Source of the DNA: Azolla caroliniana
Taxonomy: Eukaryota > Plantae > Polypodiophyta
NCBI GenBank assembly: GCA_043228905.1
Contig: JBHGNT010000078.1
Span: 1 to 64,000 of the forward strand
Reading direction: 5' to 3'
DNA: 64,000 bases
Part shown: one piece after another, positions 11,157 to 24,900 of the stretch
Layout: each line of letters begins with the position of its first letter
Position numbering within the stretch: the first letter of the stretch is position 1
Translations under genes and position numbers: made by a program
Notes under the pieces: generated by a model
Database searches by the model: none
Seen by the model: only the letters and a program-made list of their open reading frames with translations
What the model was told of the DNA's origin: nothing

Positions 11157-14100
11157 CAGAAATCCGATATCACACGAGCCAGATATGAACATGTTTGAAC
11201 ACAGAAATCCGATATCACACGAGCCAGATATGAACATTTTAATTTACTCACGGGGTCTTCTCAACTCCTTCCTCAAATTTGCTAATTTTTTCATGTCTGT
11301 CGACCTGAGTTTCAAAATATTGATTTTTTAATTCCATATCATAGCTAGCGTTGTTAGCTTCGATTCGCATGTTTGAACACAAAAATCCGATATGACACGA
11401 GCCAGGTATGAACATTTTAATTTACTCAAGGGCTCCTCTCAACTCCCTCCTCATGTTTGCTAATTTCGTCATGTCTCTCGACCTGAGTTTCAAAATATTG
11501 ATTTTTTAATTCCATATCATAGCTAGCGTTGTTAGCTTCGATTCGCATGTTTGAACACAAAAATCCGATATCACACGAGCCAGGTATGAACATTTTCATT
11601 TACCCACTAGCTCTTCTCAACTCCTTCCTCAAATTTGCTAATTTCTTGATGTCTCTCAACCTGAGTTTCAAAATCTTGATTTTTTAATTCTATATCATAG
11701 CTAGCGTTGTTAGCTTCGATTCGCATGTTTGAACACAACAATCCGATATCACACGAGCCAGGTATGAACATTTTAATTTACTCACGGGGTCTTCTCAACT
11801 CCTTCCTCAAATTTGCTAATTTCTTCATGTCTCTCGACCTGAGTTTCAAAATCTTGATTTTTTAATTCCATATCATAGCTAGCGTGGTTAGCTTCGATTC
11901 ACATGTTTGAAGACAGAAATCGGATATCACACGATCCAGGTAAGAACATTTTAATTTACCCACTAGCTCTTCTCAACTCCTTCCTCAAATTTGCTAATTT
12001 CTTCATGTCTCTCAACCTGAGTTTCAAAATCTTGATTTTTTAATTCCATATCATAGCTAGCGTTGTTAGCTTCGATTCGCATGTTTGAACACAAAAATCC
12101 GATATCACATGAGACAGGTATCAACATTTTAATTTACTCACGAGGTATTCTCTACTCCTTCCTCAAATTTCCTAATTTCTTCATGTCTCTCGACCTGAGT
12201 TTCAAAATCCTGATTTTTTAATTCCATATCATAGCTAGCGTTGTTAGCTTCGATTCGCATGTATGAACACAAAAATCCGATATCACACGAGCCAGGTATG
12301 AACATTTTAATTTACTCACGGGGTCTTCTCAACTCCGTCCTCAAATTTCCTAATTCCTTCATGTCTGTCTACCTGTGTTTCAGAATCTTGTTTTTGTAAT
12401 TCCATATCAGTGCTAGCGTTGTTAGCTTCGATTCGCATGTTTGAACACTAAAATCCGATATCACACGAGCCAGGTATGAACATTTTAATTTACTCACGGG
12501 GTCTTCTCAACTCCGTCCTCAAATTTGCTAATTTCTTCATGTCTCTCGATCTGTGTTTCAAAGTCTTGATTTTTTAATTCCATATCATAGCTAGCGTTGT
12601 TAGCTTCGATTCGCATGTTTGAACAGAGAATTCCGATATCACATGAGACAGGTATCAACATTTTAATTTACTCACGGGGTATTCTCAACTCCTTCCTCAA
12701 ATTTGCTAATTTCTTCATGTCTCTCGACCTGAGTTTCAAAATCCTGATTTTTTAATTCCATATCATAGCTAGCGTGGTAAGATTCGATTCGCATGTTTGA
12801 AGACAAAAATCGGATATCACACGATACTAGCTCTTCTCAACTCACTCCTCAAATTTGGTAATTTCGTCATGTCTCTCGACCTGAGTTTCAAAATCTTGAT
12901 TTTTTAATTCCATATTATAGCTAGCGTTGTTACCTTCGATTAGCATGTTTGAACACAAAAATCGGATATCACACGAGCCAGGTATGAACATTTTAATTTA
13001 CTCAAGGGCTCCTCGCAACACCCTCCTCAAATTTGGTAATTTCGTCATGTCTCTCGACCTGAGTTTAAAAATCTTGATTTTTTAATTTCATATCATAGCT
13101 AGCGTTGTTAGCTTCGATTCGCATGTTTGAACACAGAAATCCGATATCACACGAGCCAGATATGAACATTTTAATTTACTCACGGGGTCTTCTCAACTCC
13201 TTCCTCAAATTTGCTAATTTTTTCATGTCTCTCGACCTGAGTTACAAAATATTGATTTTTTAATTCCATATCATAGCTAGCGTTGTTAGCTTCGATTCGC
13301 ATGTTTGAACACAGAAATCCGATATCACACGAGCCAGATATGAACATTTTAATTTACTCACGGGGTCTTCTCAACTCCTTCCTCAAATTTGCTAATTTTT
13401 TCATGTCTCTCGACCTGAGTTTCAAAATATTGATTTTTTAATTCCATATCATAGCTAGCGTTGTTAGCTTCGATTCGCATGTTTGAACACAAAAATCCGA
13501 TATGACACGAGCCAGGTATGAACATTTTAAATTACTGACGGGGTCTTCTAAACTCCTTCCTCAAATTTGCTAATTTCATCATGTCTCTCGACCTGAGTTT
13601 CCAAATCTTGATTTTTTAATTCTATATCATAGCTAGCGTTGTTAGCTTCGATTCGCATGTTTGAACACAAAAATCCGATATCACACAAGCCAGGTATGAA
13701 CATTTTAATTTACTCACGGGGTCTTCTCAACTCCTTCCTCAAATATGCGAATATCTTCATGTCTCTCGACCTGTGTTTCAAAATCTTGATTTTTTCATTC
13801 CATATCATAGCTAGCTTGGTTAGTTTCAATTCGCATGTTTGAACACATATATCCGATATAAATCGAGCCAGCTATGAACATTTTAATTTCCGAACAGGGT
13901 CTTCTCCACTACCTCCTCAAATTTGCTAATTTCTTCATGTCTCTCGACCTGAGTTTGAAAATCTTAATTTTTTAATTCCATATCATAGCTAGCGTTGTTA
14001 GCTTCGATTCGCATATTTGAACACAAAAATCCGATATCACACCAGCATGGTATGAACATTATAATTTACTCACGGGGTCTTCTCCACTACCTTCCCAATT

Positions 14101-17100
14101 TTGCTAATTTCTTCATGTCTCTCGACCTGAGTTTCAAAATCTTGATTTTTTAATTCCATATCATAGCTAGTATTCTTAGCTTCGACTCGCATGTTTGAAC
14201 ACAAAAATCCGATATCACACGAGCCAGCTATGAACATTTTAATTTACTCACTAGGTCTTCTCCACTACCTTCTCAAATTTGCTAATTTCTTCATGTCTCT
14301 CGATCTGAGTTTCAAAATCTTGATTTTTTAATTCGATATCATAGCTAGCGTTGATACCTTCGATTCGCATGTTTGAACACAAAAATCCGATATCACACGG
14401 GCCAGGTATGAACATGTTAATTTACTCACGGGGTCTTCTCAACTCCTTCCTCAAATTTGATAATTTCTTCATGTCTCTCGACCTGAGTTTCAAAATCTTG
14501 ATTTTTTAATTCCATATCATAGCTAGCGTGGTTAGCTTCGATTCGCATGTTTGAACACAAAAATCCGATATCACACGAGACAGGTATCAACATTTTAATT
14601 TACTCACGGGGTATTCTCAACTCCTTCCTCAAATTTCCTAATTTCTTCATGTCTCTCGACCTGAGTTTCAAAATCCTGATTTTTTAATTCCATATCATAG
14701 CTAGCGTTGTTAGCTTCGATTCGCATGTATGAACACAAAAATCCGATATCACACGAGCCAGGTATGAACATTTTAATTTACTCACGGGGTCTTCTCAACT
14801 CCGTCCTCAAATTACCTAATTCCTTCATGTCTCTCGACCTGTGTTTAAGAATCTTGTTTTTTTAATTCCATATCATAGCTAGCGTTGTTATCTTCGATTC
14901 GCATGTTTGAACACAAAAATACGATATCACACGAGCCAGGTATGAACATTTTCATTTACCCACTAGCTCTTCTCAACTCCTTCCTCAAATTTGCTAATTT
15001 CTTGATGTCTCTCAACCTGAGTTTCAAAATCTTGATTTTTTAATTCCATATCATAGCTAGCATTGTTAGCTTCGATTCGCATGTTTGAACACGAGCCAGG
15101 TATGAACATTTTAATTTACTCACGGGGTCTTCTCAACTCCTTCCTCAAATTTCCTAATTTCTTCATGTCTCTCGACCTGAGTTTCAAAATCTTGATTTTT
15201 TAATTCCATATTATAGCTAGCGTTGTTACCTTCGATTAGCATGTTTGAACACAAAAATCGGATATCACACGAGACAGGTATGAACATTTTAATTTACTCA
15301 AGGGCTCCTCTTAACACCCTCCTCAAATTTGGTAATTTCGTCATGTCTCTCGACCTGAGTTTAAAAATCTTGATTTTTTAATTTCATATCATAGCTAGCG
15401 TTGTTAGCTTCGATTCGCATGTTTGAACACAGAAATCCGATATCACACGAGCCAGATATGAACATTTTAATTTACTCACGGGGTCTTCTCAACTCCGTCC
15501 TCAAAGTTGCTAATTTTTTCATGTCTCTCGACCTGAGTTACAAAATATTGATTTTTTAATTCCATATCATAGCTAGCGTTGTTAGCTTCGATTCGCATGT
15601 TTGAACACAGAAATCCGATATCACACGAGCCAGGTATGAACATTTTAATTTACTCACGGGGTCTTCTCAACTCCCTCCTCAAATTTGATAATTTCTTCAT
15701 GTCTCTCGATCTGAGTTTGACAATCTTGATTTTTTGATTCCATATCATAGCTAGCATTGTTAGCTTCGATTCGCATGTTTGAAAACAAAAATCCGATATC
15801 ACACGAGCCAGGTATGAACATTTTAATTTACTCACGGGGTCTTCTCAACTCCTTCCTCAAATTTGCTAATTTCTTCATGTCTCTCGACCTGAGTTTCAAA
15901 ATCTTGATTTTTTAATTCCATATCATAGCTAGCGTGGTTAGCTTCGATTCACATGTTTGAAGACAGAAATCGTATATCACACGATCCAGGTAAGAACATT
16001 TTAATTTACCCACTAGCTCTTCTCAACTCCTTCCTCAAATTTGCTAATTTCTTCATGTCTCTCAACCTGAGTTTCAAAATCTTGATTTTTTAATTCCATG
16101 TCATAGCTAGCGTTGTTAGCTTCGATTCGCATGTTTGAACACAAAAATCCGATATCACACGAGACAGGTATCAACATTTTAATTTACTCACGGGGTATTC
16201 TCAACTCCTTCCTCAAATTTCCTAATTTCTTCATGTCTCTCGACCTGAGTTTCAAAATCCTGATTTTTTAATTCCATATCATAGCTAGCGTTGTTAGCTT
16301 CGATTCGCATGTATGAACACAAAAATCCGATATCACACGAGCCAGGTATGAACATTTTAATTTACTCACGGGGTCTTCTCAACTCCGTCCTCAAATTTCC
16401 TAATTCCTTCATGTCTGTCGACCTGTGTTTCAGAATCTTGTTTTTGTAATTCCATATCAGAGCTAGCGTTGTTAGCTTCGATTCGCATGTTTGAACACTA
16501 AAATCCGATATCACACGAGCCAGGTATGAACATTTTAATTTACTCACGGGGTCTTCTCAACTCCGTCCTCAAATTTGCTAATTTCTTCATGTCTCTCGAT
16601 CTGTGTTTCAAAGTCTTGATTTTTTAATTCCATATCATAGCTAGCGTTGTTAGCTTCGATTCGCATGTTTGAACAGAGAATTCCGATATCACATGAGACA
16701 GGTATCAACATTTTAATTTACTCACGGGGTATTCTCAACTCCTTCCTCAAATTTCCTAATTTCTTCATGTCTCTCGACGTGAGTTTCAAAATCCTGATTT
16801 TTTAATTCCATATCATAGCTAGCGTGGTAAGATTCGATTCGCATGTTTGAAGACAAAAATCGGATATCACACGATACAGGTAAGAACATTTTAATTTACC
16901 TACTAGCTCTTCTCAACTCACTCCTCAAATTTGGTAATTTCGTCATGTCTCTCGACCTGAGTTTCAAAATCTTGATTTTTTAATTCCATATTATAGCTAG
17001 CGTTGTTAGCTTCGATTAGCATGTTTGAACACAAAAATCGGATATCACACGAGCCAGGTATAAACATTTTAATTTACTCAAGGGCTCCTCGCAACACCCT

Positions 17101-18199
17101 CCTCAAATTTGGTAATTTCGTCATGTCTCTCGACCTGAGTTTAAAAATCTTGATTTTTTAATTTCATATCATAGCTAGCGTTGTTAGCTTCGATTCGCAT
17201 GTTTGAACACAGAAATCCGATATCACACGAGCCAGATATGAACATTTTAATTTACTCACGGGGTCTTCTCAACTCCTTCCTCAAATTTGATAATTTTTTC
17301 ATGTCTCTCGACCTGAGTTTCAAAATATTGATTTTTTAATTCCATATCATAGCTAGCGTTGTTAGCTTCGATTCGCATGTTTGAACACAAATATCCGATA
17401 TTACACGAGCCAGGTATGAACATTTTAACTCCTTCCTCAAATATGCGAATATCTTCATGTCTCTCGACCTGAGTTTTAAAATCTTGATTTTTTAATTTCA
17501 TATCATAGCTAGCGTTGTTAGCTTCGATTCGCATGTTTGAACACAAAAATCCGATATCACACAAGCCAGGTATGAACATTTTAATTTACTCAAGGGCTCC
17601 TCTCAACTCCCTCCTCATGTTTGCTAATTTCGTCATGTCTCTCGACCTGAGTTTCAAAATCTTGATTTTTTAATTCTATATCATAGCTAGCTTGGTTAGC
17701 TTCGATTCGCATGTCTCTCGACCTGTATTTCAAAACTATAAATTTTCAATTCTATATCATAACTAGCGTGCTTAGCTTCGATTCGCATGTTTGAACACAA
17801 AAATCCGATATCACACGAGCCAGGTATGAACATTTTAATTTACTGACGCGCTCTTCTCAACTCCTTCCTCAAATTTGCTAATTTCTTCATGTCTCTAGAC
17901 CTGACTTTCAAAGTCTTGATTTGTTAATTCTATATCATAGCTAGTGTTGTTAGCTTCGATTCGCATGTTTGAACACAAAAATCCAATATCACACGAGCCA
18001 GGTATGAACATTTTAATTTACTCACGAGGTCTTCTCAACTGCTTCCTCAAATTTCCTAATTTTTTCATGTCTCTTGACCTGAGTTTCCAAATCTTGATTT
18101 TTTAATTCTATATGATAGCTAGCGTTGTTAGCTTCGATTCGCATGTTTGAACACAACAATCCGATATCACACGAGCCAGGTATGAGCATTTTAATTTAC

Positions 18200-21100
18200 T
18201 GACGCGCTCTTCTCAACTCCTTCCTCAAATTTTTGAACACAAAAATCCGATATCACACAAGCCAGGTATGAACATTTTAATTTACTCACGGGTTTTCTCA
18301 ACTCCTTCCTCAAGTTTGCTAATGTCTTCATGTTTGTCGACCTGAGTTTCAAAACTTGATTTTTTAATTCTATATGATAGCTAGCGTTGTTATCTTCGAT
18401 TCGCATGTTTGAACACAAAAATCCGATATCACACGTGCCAGGTATGAACATTTTAATTTACTCACGGGGTCTTCTCCACTACCTCCTCCAATTTGCTAAT
18501 TTCGTCATGTCTCTAGACCTGTATTTCAAAACTATAATTTTTCAATTCAATATCATAGCTAGCGTTGCTAGCTTCGATTCTCATGTTTGAACAGAAAAAT
18601 CCGATATCACACGAGCCAGTTATGAACATTTTAATTTACTCACCGGGTCTTCTCAACTCCATCCTCATCTTTGCTAATTTCTTCATGTCTCTCAACCTGA
18701 GTTTCAAAATCTTGATTTTTTAATTCCATATCAGAGCTAGCATTGTTAGCTTCGATTCGCATTTTTGAACACAAAAATCCAACATCCCACAAGCCAGGCA
18801 TGAACATTTTAATTTACTCACGGGGTCTTCTCTACTACCTCCTCAAATTTGCTAATTTCCTAATGTCTCTAGACGTGGATTTCAAAATTATAATTTTTCA
18901 ATTCAATATCATAGCTAGCGTTGCTAGCTTCGATTCTCATGTTTGAACACAAAAATCCGATATCACACGAGCCAGTTATGAACATTTTATTTTACTCACC
19001 GGGTCTTCTCAACTCCATCCTCAACTTTGCTAATTTCTTCATGTTTCTCAACCTGAGTTTCAAAATCTTGATTTTTTAATTCCATATCAGAGCTAGCATT
19101 GTTAGCTTCGATTCGCATTTTTGAACACAAAAATCCAACATCCCACAAGCTAGGCATGAACATTTTAATTTACTCACGGGGTCTTCTCTACTACCTCCTC
19201 AAATTTGCTAATTTCCTCATGTCTCTAGACGTGGATTTCAAAATTATAATTTTTCAATTCAATATCATAGCTAGCGTTGCTAGCTTCAATTCTCATGTTT
19301 GAACACAAAAATCCGAAATCTCAAAAGCCAGGTATAAACATATTAATTTACTCACGGAGTTTTCTGCACTATCTATTCAAATTTGCTAACTTCGTCAAAT
19401 CTCTAGACTGCTGTTTCAAAATGATAATTTTTAAATTCGATTCGCATGTTTGAACACAAAAATCCGATATCACATGAGCCAGGTATTAACATTTTAAATT
19501 ACTCACGCGGTCTTCTCAACTCCTTCCTCAAATTTGCTAATTTCTTCATGGCTCTCGACCTAAATTTCAAAATCTTGATTTTTTAATTCGATATCATAGC
19601 TAGCGTTGTTACCTTCGATTCCGATGTTTGAACACAAAAATCCGATATCACACGAGCCAGGTATGAACATTTTAATTTACTAACGGGCTCTTCTCAACTC
19701 CTTCCTCAAATTTGCTAATTTCTTCATGTCTCTCGACCTGAGTTTGACAATCTTGATTTTTTGATTCCATATCATAGCTAGCATTGTTAGCTTCGATTCG
19801 CATTTTTGAACATAAAAATCCGATATCACAAAAGCCAGGTATAAACATATTAATTTACTCACGGGTCTTCTCCACTACCTATTCAAATTTGCTAATTTCT
19901 TCATGTCTCTTGACCTGTGTTTCAAAATTTTGATTTTATAATTCCATATCATAGCTAGCGTGGTTAGCTTCGATTCGCATATTCGAACACATAAATCCGA
20001 TATCAATCAAGCCATCTATGAACATTTTAATTTACAAACGGGGTCTTCTCCACTACCTCCTCAAATTTGCTAATTTCTTCATGTCTCTCGACCTGAGTTT
20101 GAAAATCTTAATTTTTTAATTCCATATCATAGCTAGCGTTGTTAGCTTCAATTCGCATGTTTGAACACAAAAATCCGATATCACACCAGCTAGGTATGAA
20201 CATTTGAATTTACTCACGGGGTCTTCTCAACTCCTACCTCAAATTTGAAAATTTCATCATCTGTCTCGACCTGAGTTTCAAGATGTTGATTATTTAATCC
20301 AATATCATAGCTAGCGTTGTTAGCTTCGATTCGCAGGTTTGAACACAGAAATCCGATATCACACGAGCCAGGTATGAACATTTTAATTTACTCACGGGGT
20401 CTTCTCCACTACCTCCTCCAATTTGCTAATTTCGTCATGTCTCTAGACCTGTATTTCAAAACTATAATTTTTCAATTCAATATCATAGCTAGCGTTGCTA
20501 GCTTCGATTCTCATGTTTGAACACAAAAATCCGATATCACACGACCCAGTTATGAACATTTTTATTTACTCACCGGGTCTTCTCAACTTTATCCTCATCT
20601 TTGCTAATTTCTTCATGTCTCTCAACCTAGTTTCAAAATCTTGATTTTTTAATTCCATATCAGAGCTAGCATTGTTAGCTTCGATTCGCATTTTTGAACA
20701 CAAAAATCCAACATCCCACAAGCCAGGCATGAACATTTTAATTTACTCACGGGGTCTTCTCTACTACCTCCTCAAATTTGCTAATTTCCTCATGTCTCTA
20801 GACATGGATTTCAAAATTATAATTCTTCAATTCAATATCATAGCTAGCGTTGCTAGCTTCGATTCTCATGTTTGAACACAAAAATCCAATATCACACGAG
20901 CCAGGTATAAACATATTAATTTACTCACGGAGTCTTCTCCACTACCTATTAAAATTTGCTAACTTCGTCAAATCTCTAGACTGGTGTTTCAAAATGATAA
21001 TTTTTAAATTCGATTCGCATGTTTGAACACAAAAATCCGATATCACACGAGCCAGGTATTAACATTTTAAATTACTCACGCGGTCTTCTCAACTCCTTCC

Positions 21101-23300
21101 TCAAATTTGCTAATTTCTTCATGTCTCTCGACCTGAATTTCAAAATCTTGATTTTTTAATTCGATATCATAGCTAGCGTTGTTACCTTCGATTCCGATGT
21201 TTGAACACAAAAATCCGATATCACACGAGCCAGGTATGAACATTTTAATTTACTGACGCGCTCTTCTCAACTCCTTCCTCAAATTTGCTAATTTCTTCAT
21301 GTCTCTCGACCTGAGTTTGACAATCTTGATTTTTTGATTCCATATCATAGCTAGCATTGTTAGCTTCGATTCGCATTTTTGAACATAAAAATCCGATATC
21401 ACAAAAGCCAGGTATAAACATATTAATTTACTCACGGGTCTTTTCCACTACCTTCTCAAATTTGCTAATTTCTTGATGTCTCTCGACCTGTGTTTCAAAA
21501 TTTTGATTTTTTAATTCCATATCATAGCTAGCGTGGTTAGCTTCGATTCGCATATTCGAACACATAAATCGGATATCAATCAAGCCATCTATGAACATTT
21601 TAATTTACGAACGAGGTCTTCTCCACTACCTCCTCAAATTTGGTAATTTCTTCATGTCTCTCGACCTGAGTTTCAAAATCTTAATTTTTTAATTCCATAT
21701 CATAGCTAGTGTTGTTAGCTTCGATTCGCATATTAGAACACAAAAATCTGATATCACACCAGCCAGGTATGAACATTTTAATTTACTCACGGGGTCTTCT
21801 CAACTCCTTCCTCAAATTTGAAAATTTCATCATGTGTCTCGACCTAAGTTTCAAGATGTTGATTATTTAATCCAATATCATAGCTAGCGTTGTTAGCTTC
21901 GATTCGCAGGTTTGAACACAGAAATCCGATATCACACGAGCCAGGTATGAACATTTTAATTTACTCACGGGGTCTTCTGAACTTCTTTCTCAAATTTCCT
22001 AATTTTTTCATGTCTCTCAACCTTAGTTTCAAAATCTTGATTTTTTAATTCCATAACATAGCTAGCGTTGTATGCTTCGATTCGCATGTTTGAACACAAC
22101 AATCCGATATCAAACGAGCCAGGTATAAGCATTTTAATTTACTTACGCGCTCTTCTCAACTCCTTCCTCAAATTTGCTAATTTCCTGATGTCTTTCGACC
22201 TGAGTTTCAAAATCTTGATTTTTTAATTGCATATCATAGCTAGCGTTCTTAGCTTCGATTCGCATGTTTGAACAAAAAAATCCAATATCACACGAGCTAG
22301 GTATGAACATTTTAATTTACTCATGGGGTCTTCTCCACTACCTTCTCAAATTTGCTAATTTCTTCATGTCTCTCGACCTGAGTTTCAAAATCTTGATTTT
22401 TTAATTCCATATCATAGCTAGTGTTGTTAGCTTCGATTCGCATGTTTGAACATAAAAATCTGATATCACACGAGCCAGGTATGAACATTTTATTTTACTC
22501 AGGGGGTTTTCTCAACTCCTTCCTCAAGATTGCTAATTTCTTCATGTCTGTCGACCTGAGTTTCAAAATTATAATTTTTCAATTCAATATCATAGCTAGC
22601 GTTGCTAGCTTCGATTGTCATGTTTGAACACAAAAATCTGATATCACACGAGCCAGCTATTAACATTTTATTTTACTCACCGGGTCTTCTCACCTCCTTC
22701 CTCATCTTTGCTAATTTGTTAATATCTCTCGACCTGAGTCTCGAAATCTTGATTTTTTAATTCTATATCATAGCTAGCGTTGTTAGCTTCGATTCACATT
22801 TTTGAACATAAAAATCCGATATCCCACAAGCCAGGCATGAACATTTTAATTTACTCACGGGGTCTTCTGAACTCCTTCCTCAAGTTTGCTAATTTCTTCA
22901 TGTCTGTCGACCTGAGTTTCAAAATCTTGATTTTTTGATTCCATATCATAGCTAGCATTGTTAGCTTCGATTCGCATTTTTGAACACAAAAATCCGATAT
23001 CCCACAAGCCAGGCATGAACATTTTAATTTACTCACAGGGTCTTCTCAACACCTTCCTCAAGTTTGCTAATTTCTTCATGTCTCTCGACTTGAGTTTCAA
23101 AATCTTGATTTTTTAATTCCATATCATAGCTAGTGTTGTTAGCTTTGATTCTCATGTTTGCACATAAAAATCTGATATCACACGAGCCAGGTATGAACAT
23201 TTTAATTTACTCACGGGGTTTCTCAACCCCTTCCTCAAGATTGCTAATTTCTTCATGTCTGTCGACCTGTGTTTCAAAATTATAATATTTCAATTCAATA
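18200..23300 (+). repeat. Subfamily domain B (more divergent monomers); local 2-mer (356 bp) and 9-mer (~1573 bp) periodicity
   Basis: Homologous ORF starts at 18387, 18743 and 19099 show a 356-bp step. The pairs 19099/20672, ORF ends 19862/21435 and AGATGTTGATTATT at 20281/21854 are offset by 1573. Confidence 0.8.
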
Positions 23301-23749
23301 TCATAGCTAGCGTTGCTAGAATCGATTCGCATGTTTGAACACAAAAATCCGATATCACACGAGCCAGCTATGAACATTTTAATTTACTCACTAGGTCTTC
23401 TCCACTGCCTCGTCAAATTTGCTAATTTCTTCATGTCTCTCGACCTGAGTTTGAAAATGTTAATTTTTTAATTCCATACCATAGCTAGCATTGTTAGCTT
23501 CGATTATCATATTTGAACACAAAAATCCGATATCACGCAAGCCAGGTATGAACATTATAATTTACTCACGGGGTCTTCTCCACTACCTTCCCAATTTTGC
23601 TAATTTCTTCATGTCTCTCGACCTGAGTTTGAAAATCTTGATTTTTTAATTCCATATCATAGCTAGTATTGTGAGCTTCGATTCGCATGTTTGAACACAA
23701 AAATCCGATATCACACGAGCCAGCTATGAACATTTTAATTTACTCACTA

Positions 23750-24900
23750 GGTCTTCTCAACTACCTTCTCAAATTTGCTAATTTCTTCATGTCTCTCGAC
23801 CTGAGTTTCAAAATCTTGATTTTTTAATTCGATATCATAGCTAGCGTTGTTACCTTCGATTCCCATGTTTGAACACAAAAATCCGATATCACACGAGCCA
23901 GGTATGAACATTTTAATTTACTCACGACGTCTTCTCAACTCCCTCCTCAAATTTGATAATTTCTTCATGTCTCTCGACCTGAGTTTGACAATCTTGATTT
24001 TTTGATTCCATATCATAGCTAGCATTGTTAGCTTCGATTCGCATGTTTGAACACAAAAATCCGATATCAAAAAAGCCAGGTATAAACATATTAATTTACT
24101 CACGGGGTCTTCTCCACTACCTATTCAAATTTGCTAACTTCGTCAAATCTCTAGACCGGTGTTTCAATTCAATATCATAGCTAGCGTTGTTAGCTTCGAT
24201 TCGCATGTTTGACAACAAACATCCGATATCACACGAGCCAGGTCTGAACATTTTAAATAACTGACGGGGTCTTCTAAACTCCTTCCTCACATTTGCTAAT
24301 TTCCTCATGTCTCTCGACCTGAGTTTCAAAATCTTGATTTTTTAATTCGATATCATAGCTAGCGTTGGTACCTTCGATTCCCATGTTTGAACACAAAAAT
24401 ACGATATCACACGAGCCAGGTATGAACATTTGAATTTACTCACGGCGTCTTCTCAACTCCCTCCTCAAATTTGATAATTTCTTCATGTCTCTCGACCTGA
24501 GTTTGACAATCCTGATTTTTTGATTCCATATCATAGCTAGCATTGTTAGCTTCGATTCGCATGTTTGAACACAAAAATCCGATATCAAAAAAGCCAGGTA
24601 TAAACATATTAATTTACTCACGGGGTCTTCTCCACTACCTATTCAAATTTGCTAACTTCGTCAAGTCTCGAGACCAGTGTTTCAATTCAATATCATAGCT
24701 AGCGTTGTTAGCTTCGATTCGCATGTTTGAACACAAACATCCGATATCACACGAGCCAGGTCTGAACATTTTAAATAACTGACGGGGTCTTCTAAACTCC
24801 TTCCTCACATTTGCTAATTTCCTCATGTCTCTCGACCTGAGTTTCAAAATCTTGATTTTTTAATTCTATATCATAGCTAGCGTTGTTAGCTTCGATTCGC
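23750..24900 (+). repeat. 3-mer higher-order repeat, period 518 bp (3x178-16)
   Basis: ORF pairs 23918/24436 and 24117/24635 are offset by 518. Each unit carries the 16-bp deletion GTTTCAA|TTCAATATC. Confidence 0.88.

Larger units (their letters stand above)
1..18200 (+). repeat. Subfamily domain A (monomers mostly TTCTCAACTCC; variants CTCAAGGGCTCC, ACCCACTAGCTC, GAGACAGGTATC)
   Basis: These diagnostic variants are frequent here and essentially absent after ~18 kb. Boundaries are approximate. Confidence 0.8.
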
